A stretch of 64,000 nucleotides of DNA, taken from assembly GCF_021869535.1 (NCBI RefSeq), contig NW_026262593.1:22692001-22756000 (forward strand), given 5' to 3'. This DNA is from Mytilus californianus. Taxonomy: Eukaryota. Each line of letters begins with the position of its first letter. Position 1 is the stretch's first letter. A program made the position numbers and the translations under genes. Under the pieces are notes generated by a model. That model searched no databases. It worked only from the letters and a program-made list of their open reading frames with translations, and had not been told where the DNA came from. Below are positions 1-13,327 of this stretch, piece after piece.

Positions 1-24
1 TGGGTGCAAATTATAGATCAGGAA

Positions 25-220
25 CTGTTTGTTCATTCCGGAACACCTGCGTTCAACCTCGGTTTTTGGTAGAGTTTATTTTACTCGTGCTTTAGTTTTC
101 TGAATGCTGTTTTGTAAACAGTTATTTGTCTTTTTGTGGGTTTTCTTTTGGCCTTATTGTTTTCTGATTTTCTTCCACTTATGATTTTCTATTGCACTTT
201 GGTATATTCTCCCCTTTTTA
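25..220 (+). mobile_element. Diverged family B 3' fragment
   Basis: ccggaacacctg...ggtttttggtag...tatgattttctattgcactttggtatattctccccttttt; degenerate match to 9260-9440. Confidence 0.45.
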
Positions 221-1379
221 AGGAATTCCCAAATTTTTAAATCTTTTCAATAACCCGTATATGAAGTCACTGAGAAGAGGAGCAGAAACGAGTCAAATTA
301 TACGAAATATGCTGTCAAAAAAAAGCAAAGCATCAAGCCATGATGTAAGAGCACCTTATTTTAAAAGAATAGGGATGTTTTACAAAGAAGGCATAGTTCC
401 AAAGGTAAATCACGATTCTTTAAAAACATATATTCCCATCTGCGTTGGAGGATTGGAGGTACTTTATTTATGACTGCATAAATCTCCTGAAATTAGAAAA
501 TGTAATCAATATCATCAGAATCTTTTTCTTGCAAATTATATACATCTGCACAGTAATAATTATGTAAAAGGATTGACAAGATAAATAAAGCAACAGCAAA
601 TATATCGGATTTCCAGAGTATAAAAAGATTGAAAGGATTATCTTTCATTGTAAACAGTCAGCTCTTAAATTTTATAAAGACAAGATGAATAAATATGTTA
701 GAATTACATAATTAAATGGGGTCTTGGGGAAAATCAATTCAGATTTGCGGGAGCGTGTTCGAATGTTATATGCTAGTAAAACAAGTAAAATTCATTACAT
801 GAGAACTGATAAATAAAGTATACAGTAAAACATGGCCAATGTCATGGCACTATCTACTGAATTATTAATTCAAATTACATTACATTGTTTTGGTTGCATA
901 TTGTAGAACGGCATGATGCGGATATATGACGCACTAAAGAAAATTTCTATAAGTTGAGCAAATTACCTCAAATAAACGGACACTTCAGAAAATATGCCAT
1001 ATGTACATCTAGTGAACCAATTTCTACAACATTATACAGAAAAAATAAAAGAACGAGTTAAGAGCACAGCAAGAATATCCACAGAAGCCTGATCACAAAT
1101 TAATGCGTAAACTTGCACAAAGTCCAGGGCATCTAAACACACCATGCAGTCTTATCACATTCTTAAATTGTAAATCCAGAAAAGCGCTCCTGACTCATGA
1201 AATTTATAAAGTGTTGTTTTCTTTTTTTCTGAGAGCAATTCACTAAAACAGGAAGACACCTTGTGTAAGTGAACTATAATGTTTTGTATTCACATTTGAA
1301 GCTTTCTTTCGGTATAATATGATTTGTGGGTTTAATATTTCATTGTGAACAATAAAATCGTATAATAAAAAAGCAAAAT

Positions 1380-1770
1380 GAGGATGTTAAATTTGATGTA
1401 TGCTTTTTTGTGCTTCTTTGTTACATTTGTTTGTTTTTAAAGTGATTAAGATGATAACACAATGTTGACTGATGTACCCCTATTTTTGACATTTTTACCT
1501 ATTGTGTCTGTTTGTTTTATTCACGCATCGTTGTCAATATAAAGGAATTTGATGCGACTGTCATACAAGTGAGAGGTTAAGCTAGCTATAAAACCAGGTT
1601 TAATCCACCATTTTCTACATTAGAAAATGCCTGTACCAAGTCAGGAATATGACAGTTGTTATCCATTCGTTTGATGTGTTTGAGCTTTTGATTTTGCCAT
1701 TGATTAGGGACTTTCCTTTTTGAATTTTCCTCGGAGTTCAGTATTTTTGCGATTTTACTTTGAACTCCCA
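1380..1770 (+). repeat. Interspersed repeat, second partial copy at 36775-37030
   Basis: Shared catacaagtg.gaggtt.agctagctataaaaccaggtttaa.cca.cattttct...gaaaatgcctgtaccaagtcag. Confidence 0.7.
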
Positions 1771-1992
1771 AGATCTACTACATGGAAAAGGTTATTCGTC
1801 TCGACACAATTACTCATATTATAATTTTAAAGTTTAATGCGACACATATTCAGGAGCAAAGTCAGTGTTTGTCGTGAACTTTATTGGATGCATCAGTCAT
1901 TACATACAGTCAAACCTTCTATAAAGGTCACCTCTATTAAGCAAAAACCTGTCTTGTCTAATCACCCATTTTCGTGTCCCAATGAGAGGAGG

Positions 1993-2255
1993 TGGGGGGT
2001 CTTTGGCCGAGTGGTCTAAGTAGCCGAACTACTATATCACTTACCTGTCAACACTGAGGTTGTGAGTTCGAATCTTGCACGTGGAAGGTGCGCTTGACTC
2101 CAATTTTAATTGACTAGGATTGTCAATTTTCCTACCGAAGGTCGGTGGTTCTCTAAAGGCAATGCAGCTTCCTCCATCATTAAAACCTGACCGTCACAAT
2201 TAGCACAATAGTGCTGAAGTGGTGTTAAACACCAATTAATCATTCAATCAATCAT
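1993..2255 (+). mobile_element. tRNA-derived SINE (V-domain/RUDI-like)
   Basis: A box TGGCCGAGTGG, B box GAGTTCGAATC, core ggtcggtggttctct...cttcctcc, and tail gttaaacacc(aatc)n. Confidence 0.75.
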
Positions 2256-3099
2256 TTTCAACTGTAGTAATACCTATGTATTTTCTACCTCATACTTAAA
2301 AAAAAATAAGAAGATGTGGTTTAATTGCCAATAAGACAAATAAGGTCAGTTTTATCTTTTTTAAAGGATGTCTTTAAAGTACAGGTTTGCCTGAGATTAA
2401 ATTGTCTGATATCTCCGTTAAATTTGACATATAAAGCTCATAACCATGACGGTTTTACAGATGTTTTCTACAGAAATTCAAAATTGCAACATTTTCATAT
2501 ATGACGCCATTTTCAAAAGATAATGTATTATACACCAGTTATGGCAAATGAAGTGAGGTTCTTGTGTTTATTATAGAGATACAAAATACATAGTTGGTGG
2601 GAATTAGACGTTCATGTATTGTTCATACAAAATGTTTGGGAAAATTAATATCTAACTGTATAAAAAATATAGAAGAAATAAGAAAATTTTCAAAATATTT
2701 ATGTTTAATGGTGTATAGTATGTTATTTGAAATGCAAGTGTTTTGTTGTTTTTGGTTTTTTTCCAAGAAATAATGAGAAATGCAAATTGAAGGTTGCTGT
2801 GCAAACGTTTTAATACATAGAAAAATTATATTGAAAAGTGAAAATCCGAAGCTGATGTTTGGTGTTAGTAAATGCTCTTCAGTTAAAAGCACTACGACAT
2901 CTGATAGATATTAATTAGTACTGCTTGCTTGTGGCCGCTCCACTGGGATGTTCTCTAATATTCCCAATCTGACTTTAATTTGGACTTGACATAAGTACTA
3001 CTGAATTAATTTAAGGAGATTTTGAGATATGTGTTCGACGATGAGAAATCAACTACAAAGTTAAAGAACCATTTACACGCATTTTGTATGTTATAGTAA

Positions 3100-3485
3100 A
3101 ATTAAGGAGATGGGATATAATCGTCAAGGAACAACTATCAAAAAGACCAAGGAACAAAGATAAAATTATCATAAATTACAGGTCACATTGTGGCCTTGAT
3201 CAATGAGCAAAATCCAAATCTTATAGTAATCTTTAAATGGCTCCAGTATGAAAAAATGTGAAAAATTCAAAAGAGAAAACCAATGGCCTGATTAGTACTA
3301 CGGCGATAAAACGAATAAAAAATAAGACAAACAGCAACCAACGACAACCATTGCATTACAGGTTCCTGGCTTCGGACAGGCAAATACAGAAAATTACGGG
3401 GTTAATATGTTTGTTTATGCCGACCTCCGCGTAACAGGGACAGTTGTGTAAAATTACAACAAAAGAACTATCTGTAACTATCAAT
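3100..3485 (-). mobile_element. Family A 3' terminal fragment, inverted, directly upstream of the 3490 RT fragment
   Basis: Diverged match to the taaggagatg..tatgattgcc..aacgacaaccactg..ggacaggc..gggacagt consensus seen at 28465 and 32000. Confidence 0.7.
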
Positions 3486-3489
3486 CAGC

Positions 3490-5265
3490 TTGGGTTCTGA
3501 TATTTTTTCGTTAAATAATCCAGAGTTCTCTAAACATACCACCGAAATTTACCCAAAGGAACTTACTTTAAATAAATCTAACATAAACAGCAGTAGTTGT
3601 CCTTTTTTAGATTTAGACATTTCAGTTTCTAAAGGGAAACTCCATACTAAAATTTACTACAAAGTGACGATTTTTCATTCACAATTGTTAAATTTCCTTT
3701 TTTAGACGGCGATGTCCCTTTGGCTCCATCATACGGTGTTTATATATCCCAACTCGTTCGTTATGCCCGTGTGTGTAGTGATGTCATTGATTTTAACGAA
3801 CGTAATCAGTGCATCACTGGTAAAACTCAGGGATTTCGTTACCATAAATTACTTAAAACATTTACTAAATTCTTTCATAAATACAAAGATTTGATTAGTA
3901 ATTTTGGCTGTACCTGTAGAAAACTGATTAAAAACGGTATTTCACATCCTAAATTTTACGGTAATATTGTACTATAAGCGCGTAAATCACTATGTGATCC
4001 GTGTAAACTCATCGAACCTATAAATAACTTATTAGTAAAGGTTATCTTATTAATGTTGTAATAAGATCTTTGAATATTGTTTACATTGGCACTTACATCG
4101 ATTTTGTCATCAACAAATTAAAACAGATTCAAATTTGTATTCTTTTCGAATGGTTTTTGGGATGTATAAATACACATCCACGTTTATTTTCTATTTAGAG
4201 ATTGCTTTATCTATATATAACATGATACATATTTATTATAAGGTTAAATTTTAACTATCCTACTGCCTGTCGATACTTTTATTTTGGCATTGCACAAGTC
4301 AAGTCTTCTTTGACTGTCCATTGCATTAAAAAACTAAATCCCTGGGATGTGTTTTAATTGATTTTAGTCCTTGATGCATGATTTTTTTTTATTATTAATT
4401 GTTTTTGGCTTTTAACTAGCTTTCAATAACTGCGAGAACTCTCAAATCGTACTTTCGTGTTAATTTGACCTGTTAACACAAATTGTAATGCATTTCTGTT
4501 ATTCAATGTTTACTTATTTTGTGTTATATCTCGTCTCACTATTTTTAATATGTACCACCTTTGATAAGTATTTAGTATGACGATAAATTTTCACTTCTGT
4601 ACTCGTTCTGTGAACAAATATATATTTATTTTGTAAAAATTGTTTCCGTACTCCTAACAACAAAATTATTATATTTCAATTTACCTGTGTACGTTATTTT
4701 ATTTAACGCCATTTTGATCCAGGTTGGAGTTGTCTTTTTGACATTGTTCCTACATCTTTTTTTTTTATTAACATTGTATCTATATTGTGTCATAGATCAA
4801 ACTTATTCGTTCAGTGTATGTTTTAAGTTACTCTTTTTTGTTTATATGTCTTTTTGATCGAGTTAAGCCATTTCAATTGATATTTTATAGTGTGTTTTTT
4901 TAAGTTGTTATGTTACACTACTGTTTCAGGTTAGGGTGAAGGTAGACGCCTGTTAAAACGTAAAAAAAACTACTGCATTTGTATGCACCTGTTCAAAGTC
5001 AGGAGCCTGTTGTTCAGTGGTTGTCGTTTGTTGGTGTGGTTCATAAGTGTTTCTCGCTTTTTATATAGATTAGACCGTTGGTTTTCCTGTTTGAATTGTT
5101 TTACACTAGTCATTTTGGGGCCCTTTATAGCTTGTTGTTCGGTGTTAGCCAAGGCTCCGTGTTGAAGGCCGTACTTTGACCTATAATTGTTTACTTTTTG
5201 TACATTGTGACTTGGATGGAGAGTTGTCTCATTGTCACTCATACCACATCTTCTTATTTATATTT
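3490..5265 (+). mobile_element. 5'-truncated Penelope-like retroelement, family A (Naiad-like): frameshifted RT C-terminus plus long 3' UTR
   Basis: Translates in pieces to DIFSLNNPEF, CPFLDLDISVSKGKLHTKIY, PSYGVYISQLVRYARVC and KFYG. The ORF ends after the RT thumb with no C-terminal GIY-YIG. It is followed by the 3' repeat seen in many copies in this window. Confidence 0.85.
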
Positions 5266-5314
5266 ACACGAAATGATCAACAATAACCAATTTTTCATTG
5301 CAATCGAAATATAT

Positions 5315-5790
5315 AGACGTGTGTTTCCTATCATGATTTCCTTAATAGTGTGTTGCCCCTCACACGGAAGCTATTACAACTGGGGTTCCTAATTGTAAAT
5401 GTGAAGTCATCCCTTGAAAATATTTTTGATCTCCATCATGATTTGGTGGATGTTTATGGAATATCTGCTACAGATTTTCACGGATGTGTTTCCCTTATCG
5501 TAGCCGAAATCCTGTCATCTTTTCCTTGATTTGTAACAATACCGAATAATTTAACTTGCCATGAGTAACACGACGATGTTTTTCAATATAGCAGGAACTT
5601 TTTACCTTGGCCGAACACCTGCAGAATAAATTTCCGGTTTTTTGTGGTGTTTGTTTTGCTCAACATTTGGTTTTCTGTGTAGTGTTTTGTAGTCTTTTCT
5701 TTGTTTTTATTTTTGGTTGCTGTCTGTGTTTTTATTTATCTTTTTATTTCCACCTTTGTACCTTCTCCCTCTCTATTTTTTGTTATTTAG
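5315..5790 (+). mobile_element. Old diverged Penelope-like family B copy
   Basis: Translates approximately to CVSYHDFL..LTRKLL..VKSSL..HHDLVDVYGIS, followed by a degenerate family B 3' UTR. Confidence 0.6.
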
Positions 5791-6403
5791 AGTGTCCTGT
5801 CATCTGAATCACGTCAAGACGAATGGAGATAATTTAAAGTGTCTAATTGTGTTATTAATGATTTGTAATTTGAAAAACGGTGATTGGAATCACACTCATT
5901 AAACGAATATTGATCCAACCTTTGATTACAAGTGTAAGACTGCATTCCATCTTTCTAGTACTTGACTGAAGCGGGTGATTTGACGTTATTTTCATTTTGG
6001 GGTACAAACTATGAAATTATACGAAGTTCCACATATTCCCAAAACGGCCTGAGAAAAATGTTTTTTTTTTGTCTTTGATACGCATTTTTGGATTTACCGT
6101 CATCAAAAACACTCAGAGACAACATTTGGGATATATAGACGGGTTATTTATTACTAAAGAGAGACATGACCTGATTCAAAGCAAAATCCTGACTTATCCT
6201 ATGTACTCTCTCTTTAAACAGTAACAATACAAGTTCTCCGCTCTTCATCACAGTCGACCTACCTATTGGATTTACTGTCAATTTTTATTATCATGAATAT
6301 GCATGACATATTTTCCACTTTACTTAAGCAAACAACAATCACTCCATGAATCTAATTACATAAAAGGACTTTCTAATTACATCGTTTTATGACTGACATA
6401 CGT

Positions 6404-6605
6404 GAGGGTCTGGATGGGGGTTCTTTACTTCTGTATTATTCTATGATTTTTGGGATCTATTTCTCTATGCTTAATATTTTAGCACCCCGTTATTCTCTAT
6501 TCTTCCTTTCTTTAGACTATTTTTCTCTATTCTTTATTTTTTTTAACCTTTATTCTGCAATATTTGTCTATTATTATCTATTTTATAATCCCCATTCAGA
6601 CCCTC
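6404..6605. mobile_element. MITE with GAGGG...CCCTC ends and 6-bp TSD ATACGT
   Basis: TIR GAGGGTCTGGATGGG / GAGGGTCTGAATGGG; ATACGT at 6398-6403 and 6606-6611; internal ttattctctatt repeats. Confidence 0.8.
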
Positions 6606-6744
6606 ATACGTGGTAATTGTATCTTAGGTCAATAAATCTCTCTTGGGATATTGAAAACTTCATTGAATATATAACAATATTTTACTTTTCATCAACGGCC
6701 GTAGTCTTCCAGGTAATATTGGTATTTTTATCGTTTTCAGTGTA

Positions 6745-7345
6745 AAAGGCGATGTGGTGCAATTGCCAATCAGACAACTAACCACAAGTTACTAATGAAG
6801 AAGGATGTAAACAACTGTAGGTCAGTGTACGACCTTCAAAATGAGCAAACCATACCGTATGTATATAAAAAGTTAAATATAAAAGACCCATGCATGACAA
6901 TCTAAAACAATTCAAAAGAGAAAACCAACGGCCAGATTTATTGTAAAAAAAACCCCAAAAAAAACGAACAAACGAATATGACAAACAGCAACCAACAACA
7001 ATCATTGAACTACTAGGTCCTGACATTGGACAGGCACATAAAGAATGTGGTGGGATTAAACATGTTTTTGAGCGCTCAACTCTCATCTAACCTAGATAGT
7101 GATGTAACTGCATAATAACACAGTGTAAAAATCAGTTGGGAATGGCTTAACTCATTAGATCAGTACGAAGCATACAAAGGAAAAAAACTAGCCAAAAGAC
7201 GAAAGATAAAGAACCGATCCAAGAGTACTCGCAGTTACTTAAAGCTAATTCAAAGCCAGTTCCAACTACAAGTGATAAATAAACCATGTTTTCCCAGACT
7301 AAAATATCCTTCAGTTTACATTCAACGTATTTAGTGTATAGAACA
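6745..7345 (-). mobile_element. Family A 3' UTR copy (SECIS region degenerate)
   Basis: Collinear with 32010-32630 (gatgtggtgcaattgccaat...gagtactcgcagttac...ttagtgta). Confidence 0.75.
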
Positions 7346-7824
7346 AAAAAGGCTTATCAAATGGGACAATTAAAACACATCTCTTTCCAAACCAATAAAA
7401 GGAATGAAAATCTGTCTTATACATTTTTAGTTTCATCAGAAATAAAAGCAAATAAAGCATAAAGTCAAACAGAAAATAATCTCACATCAACAAGATTAAC
7501 AAAGATTTGACTTCTAGATAACCTTCTACATTTTCATTTTTTTATTCCGCTATACTCTAGCATTTTTGATACGCACATTTGTCACAATAAATAATATCTT
7601 GTCTATTGATCTGTAATCGGAATGAGAAGCAGTTTATGGGTTGTTAAATCTATTTACAGTTAATCCTGTTTGAATCTTGTGTGATTAACGTTAAGCGGTC
7701 GCAAGAGATTCATAATTCATGATGGCTACAATATATTTTCGAAAAAAAACGAAAGAAATCATAAGAAACTTGCTGTATAAACCTAAAGTACATGGGAGAC
7801 AATCAAATCGTTTGAGATCAGTGT

Positions 7825-8147
7825 TGTTTGTTGGGTCGATGATGGCTGTTAAACGTTCAGTGGCAAACATATTCATGACAAGAACATATTAATGCGTTAT
7901 CATTATAAATGCTGCTTTGTACTAGACCGATACACTGAGTCAGATTGTGCCAATGCACAAGGTAACATACCGCATGAAGACAGTTACCTTACCCGGACAC
8001 ATAATTCTGAAATAACTACGAATCGACCAGTCTCTGCTCGTACTGCTAAATGCTGTGTGCTTAGCGGAGTAGCAGCAAATACCAATTTTCAAGTCTTTTG
8101 TTTGACCCGGTCGAGGTTCGAACCCCTGATATCTCGCACTCGAGGCC
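7825..8147 (-). mobile_element. tRNA-derived SINE of the Meta/MESC-domain type
   Basis: B box GGTTCGAACC; central aaaattggtatttgctgctactccgctaagcacacagc; tail catgaatatgtttgccactgaacgttta. Confidence 0.65.
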
Positions 8148-8589
8148 AGTGTTTTTTTGAGTGAGTTAGATAAGTAGTCTACAAAAGTTGAAATATCTTA
8201 CTTGTATAATTAATCATGTATTTTACAGACAAAAATGGGCGACACGTAAAAACAAACAAAAATGGGCGACACCTAATATTCGGATAAGCTGCGTCAACAG
8301 GTTAATCATTGCCTGCTACACATGAATGACTCGTCAAACGATTCCAACGCCCAATAGTAGATCATGACAATACATATGGTTATAATGGAAGATGGACATG
8401 ATGGACATGTGGGATCGATTTATGAAACAGTTTAAACTTTACAAACGAGTTGAGTTTTTTGTTAAACATTGTAATAATAAGGAGATGTCGTATGATTGCC
8501 AATGAGACAGCTATCCACCTGAGACCAACAGACTGCTTACAAGATAGATTTTCAGCTACTTTGTTTAGCTTCTTAACTGTTTTTTGTGA

Positions 8590-9450
8590 GGGCTTGACTT
8601 CATACAGGAACTTCTTAGGAAGAAAGAAAAGAAGTTAGCAGTATCCTGTAACTTTACTTTCCGCTATATAGATGATGTTCTCTCACTAAATAATTAAAAA
8701 TTTGGTGACTTTGTTGAACGTATCTATCCCATCGAACTTGAGATAAAGGATACAACAGATACAGTTAAGTCTGCCTCATATCTTGACTTACATCTAGAAA
8801 TTGACAATGAGGTTCGGTTGAAAACAAAACTTTACGACAAAAGAGATGATTTCAGCTAGCTTCCCAATTGTGAAATTTCCATTTCTATGTAGCAGCATTC
8901 CAGCAGCGCCTGCATACGGAGTTTATATCTCCCAGTTGATACGATATTCCAGGGCCTGTATTTCCTATCATGATTTCGTTGATAGAGGCTTGATGCTAAC
9001 AAGGAAGCTATTAAACCAAGAGTTCCGAGTGGTGAAGATGAAATCATCCCTTCGTAAATTTTACGAACGCCATCACGTGTTGGTTGGCCGTTATGGCATA
9101 TCTGTATTACAGATGATAGCGGATATGTTCCAATTGTCATAACTACAATCCCGTCCCCTTTTCCCCGAATGTGACCTACCGTATTAGACTTATTACCGGA
9201 TGTGTACTAACATGAGCAACACGACGGGTGCCACATGTGGAACAGGATCTGCGAACTCTTCCGGAGCACCTGAGATCACCCCCAGTTTTTGGTGGGGTTC
9301 GTGTTACTCAGTCTTTAGTTTTCTATATTGTATTTTGTGTACTGTTGTTTGTCTGTTTGTCATTTTCTTTATTGGCCATGGCGTTGTCAGTTTATTTTCG
9401 ACTTATGAGTTTGGATGTCCCTTTGATATCTTTCGCCTCTCTCTTCTGTA
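8590..9450 (+). mobile_element. 5'-truncated Penelope-like retroelement, family B: RT catalytic region plus 3' UTR
   Basis: FRYIDDVLSLNN (YIDD motif), SASYLDLHLEID..LKTKLYDKRDDFS, APAYGVYISQLIRYSRAC..KSSLRKFY. Stops and frameshifts present. Confidence 0.9.
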
Positions 9451-10544
9451 TTTTTACCCATACAATAGGCGCATTGCATTTGTGTCAATTTTTTGAAAAC
9501 GCAATATTTCATTTCACAAGCAAGGTTATATTTCATTTTCTGCAAAAAGTAAAATATACTTATTATTCGGAAATTATAAATAATGATTAAAGTTACAACG
9601 TAACTTGCATCCCAAATACGAGCCATGTTAAATAAATTTTGTAGAACGTCCCCTGAGTATATAAGTGAGTTCCTGTTCATTTCTCATATATAACTGAAAT
9701 CCGCTTAGGTATGACACTAAATAGTGTTCATATTTTCGAGGCGACAAGATAGACATAATTTAATCAGAAACAACTGAGAAAATAATCCGTATTTTTATGA
9801 CAACACATCTGACATACAGATTATCCAGTGTATTAAACAATGGTGACAAGTTTTATCGATGCAAAGAAGAATCACTGTAAAAACTGATGGGTACTTACAT
9901 AGTTTTACGATGCAAATACAAGCTCTAGATATTATGTTTTACCCATATTATTAAACTCTGAGGGAACTCATATTGTTCTTTACCCTACTTCTACCTCTCC
10001 GTAGTGACAAGGAGTAGATGTAGCATGCAATGCTGATGAATGGAGGAGATTTTACAAACAAAATATGAACTGAATAGTCAAAATATACAACTACATTTTG
10101 TAATTATGTATAATTATTATTTAGAAATAATATTGGCGTAAATGAAATATTTCATTTAGGTGCAAACTAAATATGGTATCTGGCGCAAATGAAAGTCCGA
10201 TTAGCGCAAATACAAATTAAGCACCGCTAACGATTTCAATCGCTACCTTGTTCAGAGTAAATGTATACATTTACTAACCAAATTACTTAGTGGTACAATT
10301 AGAAATATAAAAGAAGTAAGTCGTTTTGACATTTCTCCCAGAGACAGTCATATTTGTAAATGTAGTCATATGAATTGTATGGAAAAATCATGCATGAAAT
10401 AATTGCCACTGGACGTTAAGCTACCAACAATCAATCAATAATGGTCGAATAATAAATAAATGGTTTTATTTCTCGCTATCTCAGATAGCTAAATCGAAAA
10501 ATTGTATACATTTTAAATGATGTTGAGAATAATTGCACAATTAT

Positions 10545-10692
10545 GAGGGTGTGGATGGGAGATTACAGAATAGAGAATAATGGGCAAAAAATATAAAGAA
10601 TAGAGAATAATGAGGTGCTAGAATATAAAAAATAGAGAATAATGGCCTAAAAATAAAGAATACAGACATGGAGGAACCCCATCTAGACCCTC
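10545..10692. mobile_element. Same MITE family, 6-bp TSD AATTAT
   Basis: GAGGGTGTGGATGGG...CCCCATCTAGACCCTC; AATTAT at 10539-44 and 10693-98. Confidence 0.8.
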
Positions 10693-12724
10693 AATTATCG
10701 TATGACTGGGTTTGCTACAGCTTTATTGTGTTGCTTTCTATTTATTGTCATTATTGTCACTGTATATATATTGTGTTGTTTTTCTAAAGCATTGTGTTTT
10801 TCTGCAAGAAAGATTCATTTATTCAAATACATGACTTTTATACAAATTGAAGGTTTCTATCACTGCTACAAGTGTTTATTACAAAATGGCAGCTATTGTT
10901 CAATCTTTCCCGTGATACTCATTATTTTATCTAATAATTCAGCGTATATTCATATTTCTGCTACTGAATACGTTTAATTCAATTGTTCTTTATAGATTTA
11001 TCCGATCTATTATTAACCTTTTATCATGTTATTGTATTTTTTTTGACAGTTTTCTGGATTAGTTATATTCTTATCATATTTTTGCTTAGTATATATGGTG
11101 TACTTGCAACCCGGTTTGTACTGAGTGTTATCATTTTAAAACCTTTCTTCAAAATTTGTTTTATACATGTGTCGCGGTGTTTCATTCGAATGAAAAATAA
11201 ATATAAAGAAAATGCACTGAACTTATGAGAAATAATTTGTAAAATATCTTATAAATTTATTTATTTTTGTACAAATTAAAGTGATTATTTCTACAAAACA
11301 TAACAATTTCCTGCATATGCAGTCCAGTAAAATCAAAGTTGTTTGTATCATAAGTTACTGATCCGTTATTTTCTCAACATTTTATGAATCCATGGTAAAA
11401 TATATATCTTTGAAAAATTATCAACATATAACAGCAACAATATAACAGAGACTGGAACTGGATCTTTGCACATACATTACATTAATAATTGACTTAACAT
11501 TTCATCTCCCCCCTCCAACCCAACCCAATAAAAAAAAAAAAAAACAAAAAAAAAAACAACAAATACCGACGTCTGATTGAGTTTTCTGTTACAGATTTAA
11601 AAAAATATATATATATATGATGTAAATTAAATATAGAGACAGAAAATAAGAAAATTAAAAAAATGAGAGTAATAAAATTACAGAATGAAATGTTCGTACC
11701 ACATATCCTTATATTAATTACCAATTGATAATCTTATTAATAACAATGTAAACACATGTACATGTTTCTTGGATTAAATGTTTCAACATCCCTGTATCAC
11801 TATAGCAAAAATGATCGTCTTATGCTAAATATGTCTTTGACCAGGTTCTGAATGGCTGATTGGCCATCATTCAAATAATCTGCGTTTTATTTTCAATATG
11901 CCAAATGTATAGTCTCAATTACACTTATTCTTCTTCTTTGCTTCTGAAAAATAAAATAAATAAACAGTCAGTAATACAATATGAAAGATTTTAACTAACA
12001 ATGGTACAGTTGAAAAAAGTAAAACTATAAAACTTTTTGATATATCGACAAAATTTGTATATTATTCTATTATACAGTGTTTTGCTACATTTTTAAATTG
12101 AATTAACTCTAACAGTATGATAGTAACAAAGAGTTTGCGTGTAACATCGCATTAAAATTACGATATAATCACTGGGTAAACATTGTACTCTCATCCTTTT
12201 GAAAATTTTGCCATTCAGTAAAAAAACTTATTGTATGGATAATTGTTGAACATTATCTCTCGTAGAATATAAATTAAACACGCAGGCTGGTGTAATATAA
12301 TTGTCCACTCGATACTTTATTGTGATTAATGCTATTATTCAACAATAGTCATGAAATAAATATGCATGAAATTTAAAGTAAAAGTATAAATTTCTAAACT
12401 AATTCAAAATTTAGTTCTGATTTCCGAAATAAATCATTTATAAATGATTTTTCGTAGATTTAAATGACATTTGTACAGATATATAAAGAGGTTGCTGTTT
12501 GGCGTGGTGCATTGAAAATGGCTGGTGTTAATAAATGCGCTTTACGGCAATAATAAAAAAAATGACAAATAGTAAAACACCGCTTTAAAAAGAAACCAAA
12601 CCATCAACGGTCACCACATATTTTTAGTACGATGCATTTTTTTCCTTTCGTCTCTCTATTTTATTTTTTTCTTTTTAATTAATTCTTTATTATTCAACTC
12701 TCTTGTGGTGTTTATAAATCAATA

Positions 12725-13010
12725 ATTTTATTTTGGATGTAACACGTCTTCCTTCTGATAGGCTGAAATTTTTTTTGTCTATCAGCTAATAGACATAATT
12801 TTGTCATGTGACCGTGACGTCATCAACGATTTTTTAATATGATTTACTCCTTAAAAATGGAATTTAGAATTAAATTAAAAGGAACGACTGTAATATTTTA
12901 CTGTCTATTCGAAATAACCTCAAAAATGTGGTGCACACTTTTAAATAACCCGCTACGTGTGTTATTCAGTGTGTACCACATTTTTTATGTTATTTCTTCA
13001 TAAACATAAA
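12725..13010. mobile_element. Interspersed repeat ending in a long hairpin, just downstream of the GPCR
   Basis: Arms gaaataacctcaaaaatgtggtgcacac..aataac (12911-12949) and gttatt..gtgtgtaccacattttttatgttatttc (12961-12996). Superfamily uncertain. Confidence 0.55.
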
Positions 13011-13327
13011 TAAATACCGTATTATCAAATTAAAGATTAATTTTATAAAAAAAATATAAAAAAATACCTACCGGAAATGACGTATTAAAGTCCATTTAGT
13101 CTGACGTCTGCGTATACTATTCCCATTTGGATCACGAGGCAATAATGGTATTGGATATCGTAATAGTTTTTTTTTAATTTTAATCGTGATGGTAAATTTC
13201 AACTTAAATAACAATATTTTTTTCAGTCATCACAAATTACACCGGTTAAGTTTTAGTATTGTTTTGCTATAAATGTAAAAAAAATCTAATTAATTGTTTT
13301 AAAGACGGCTATCATGATGTCTTTTTT

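Noticed and set aside
1993-2100. tRNA genes at the A/B-box sequences (also 8100-8147, 43800-43910, 56870-56951)
   Set aside because: No cloverleaf; each continues into a SINE body.
13070-13085. ETS/CRE-like composite CCGGAAATGACGT downstream of the GPCR
   Set aside because: Single imperfect motif with no other promoter evidence.
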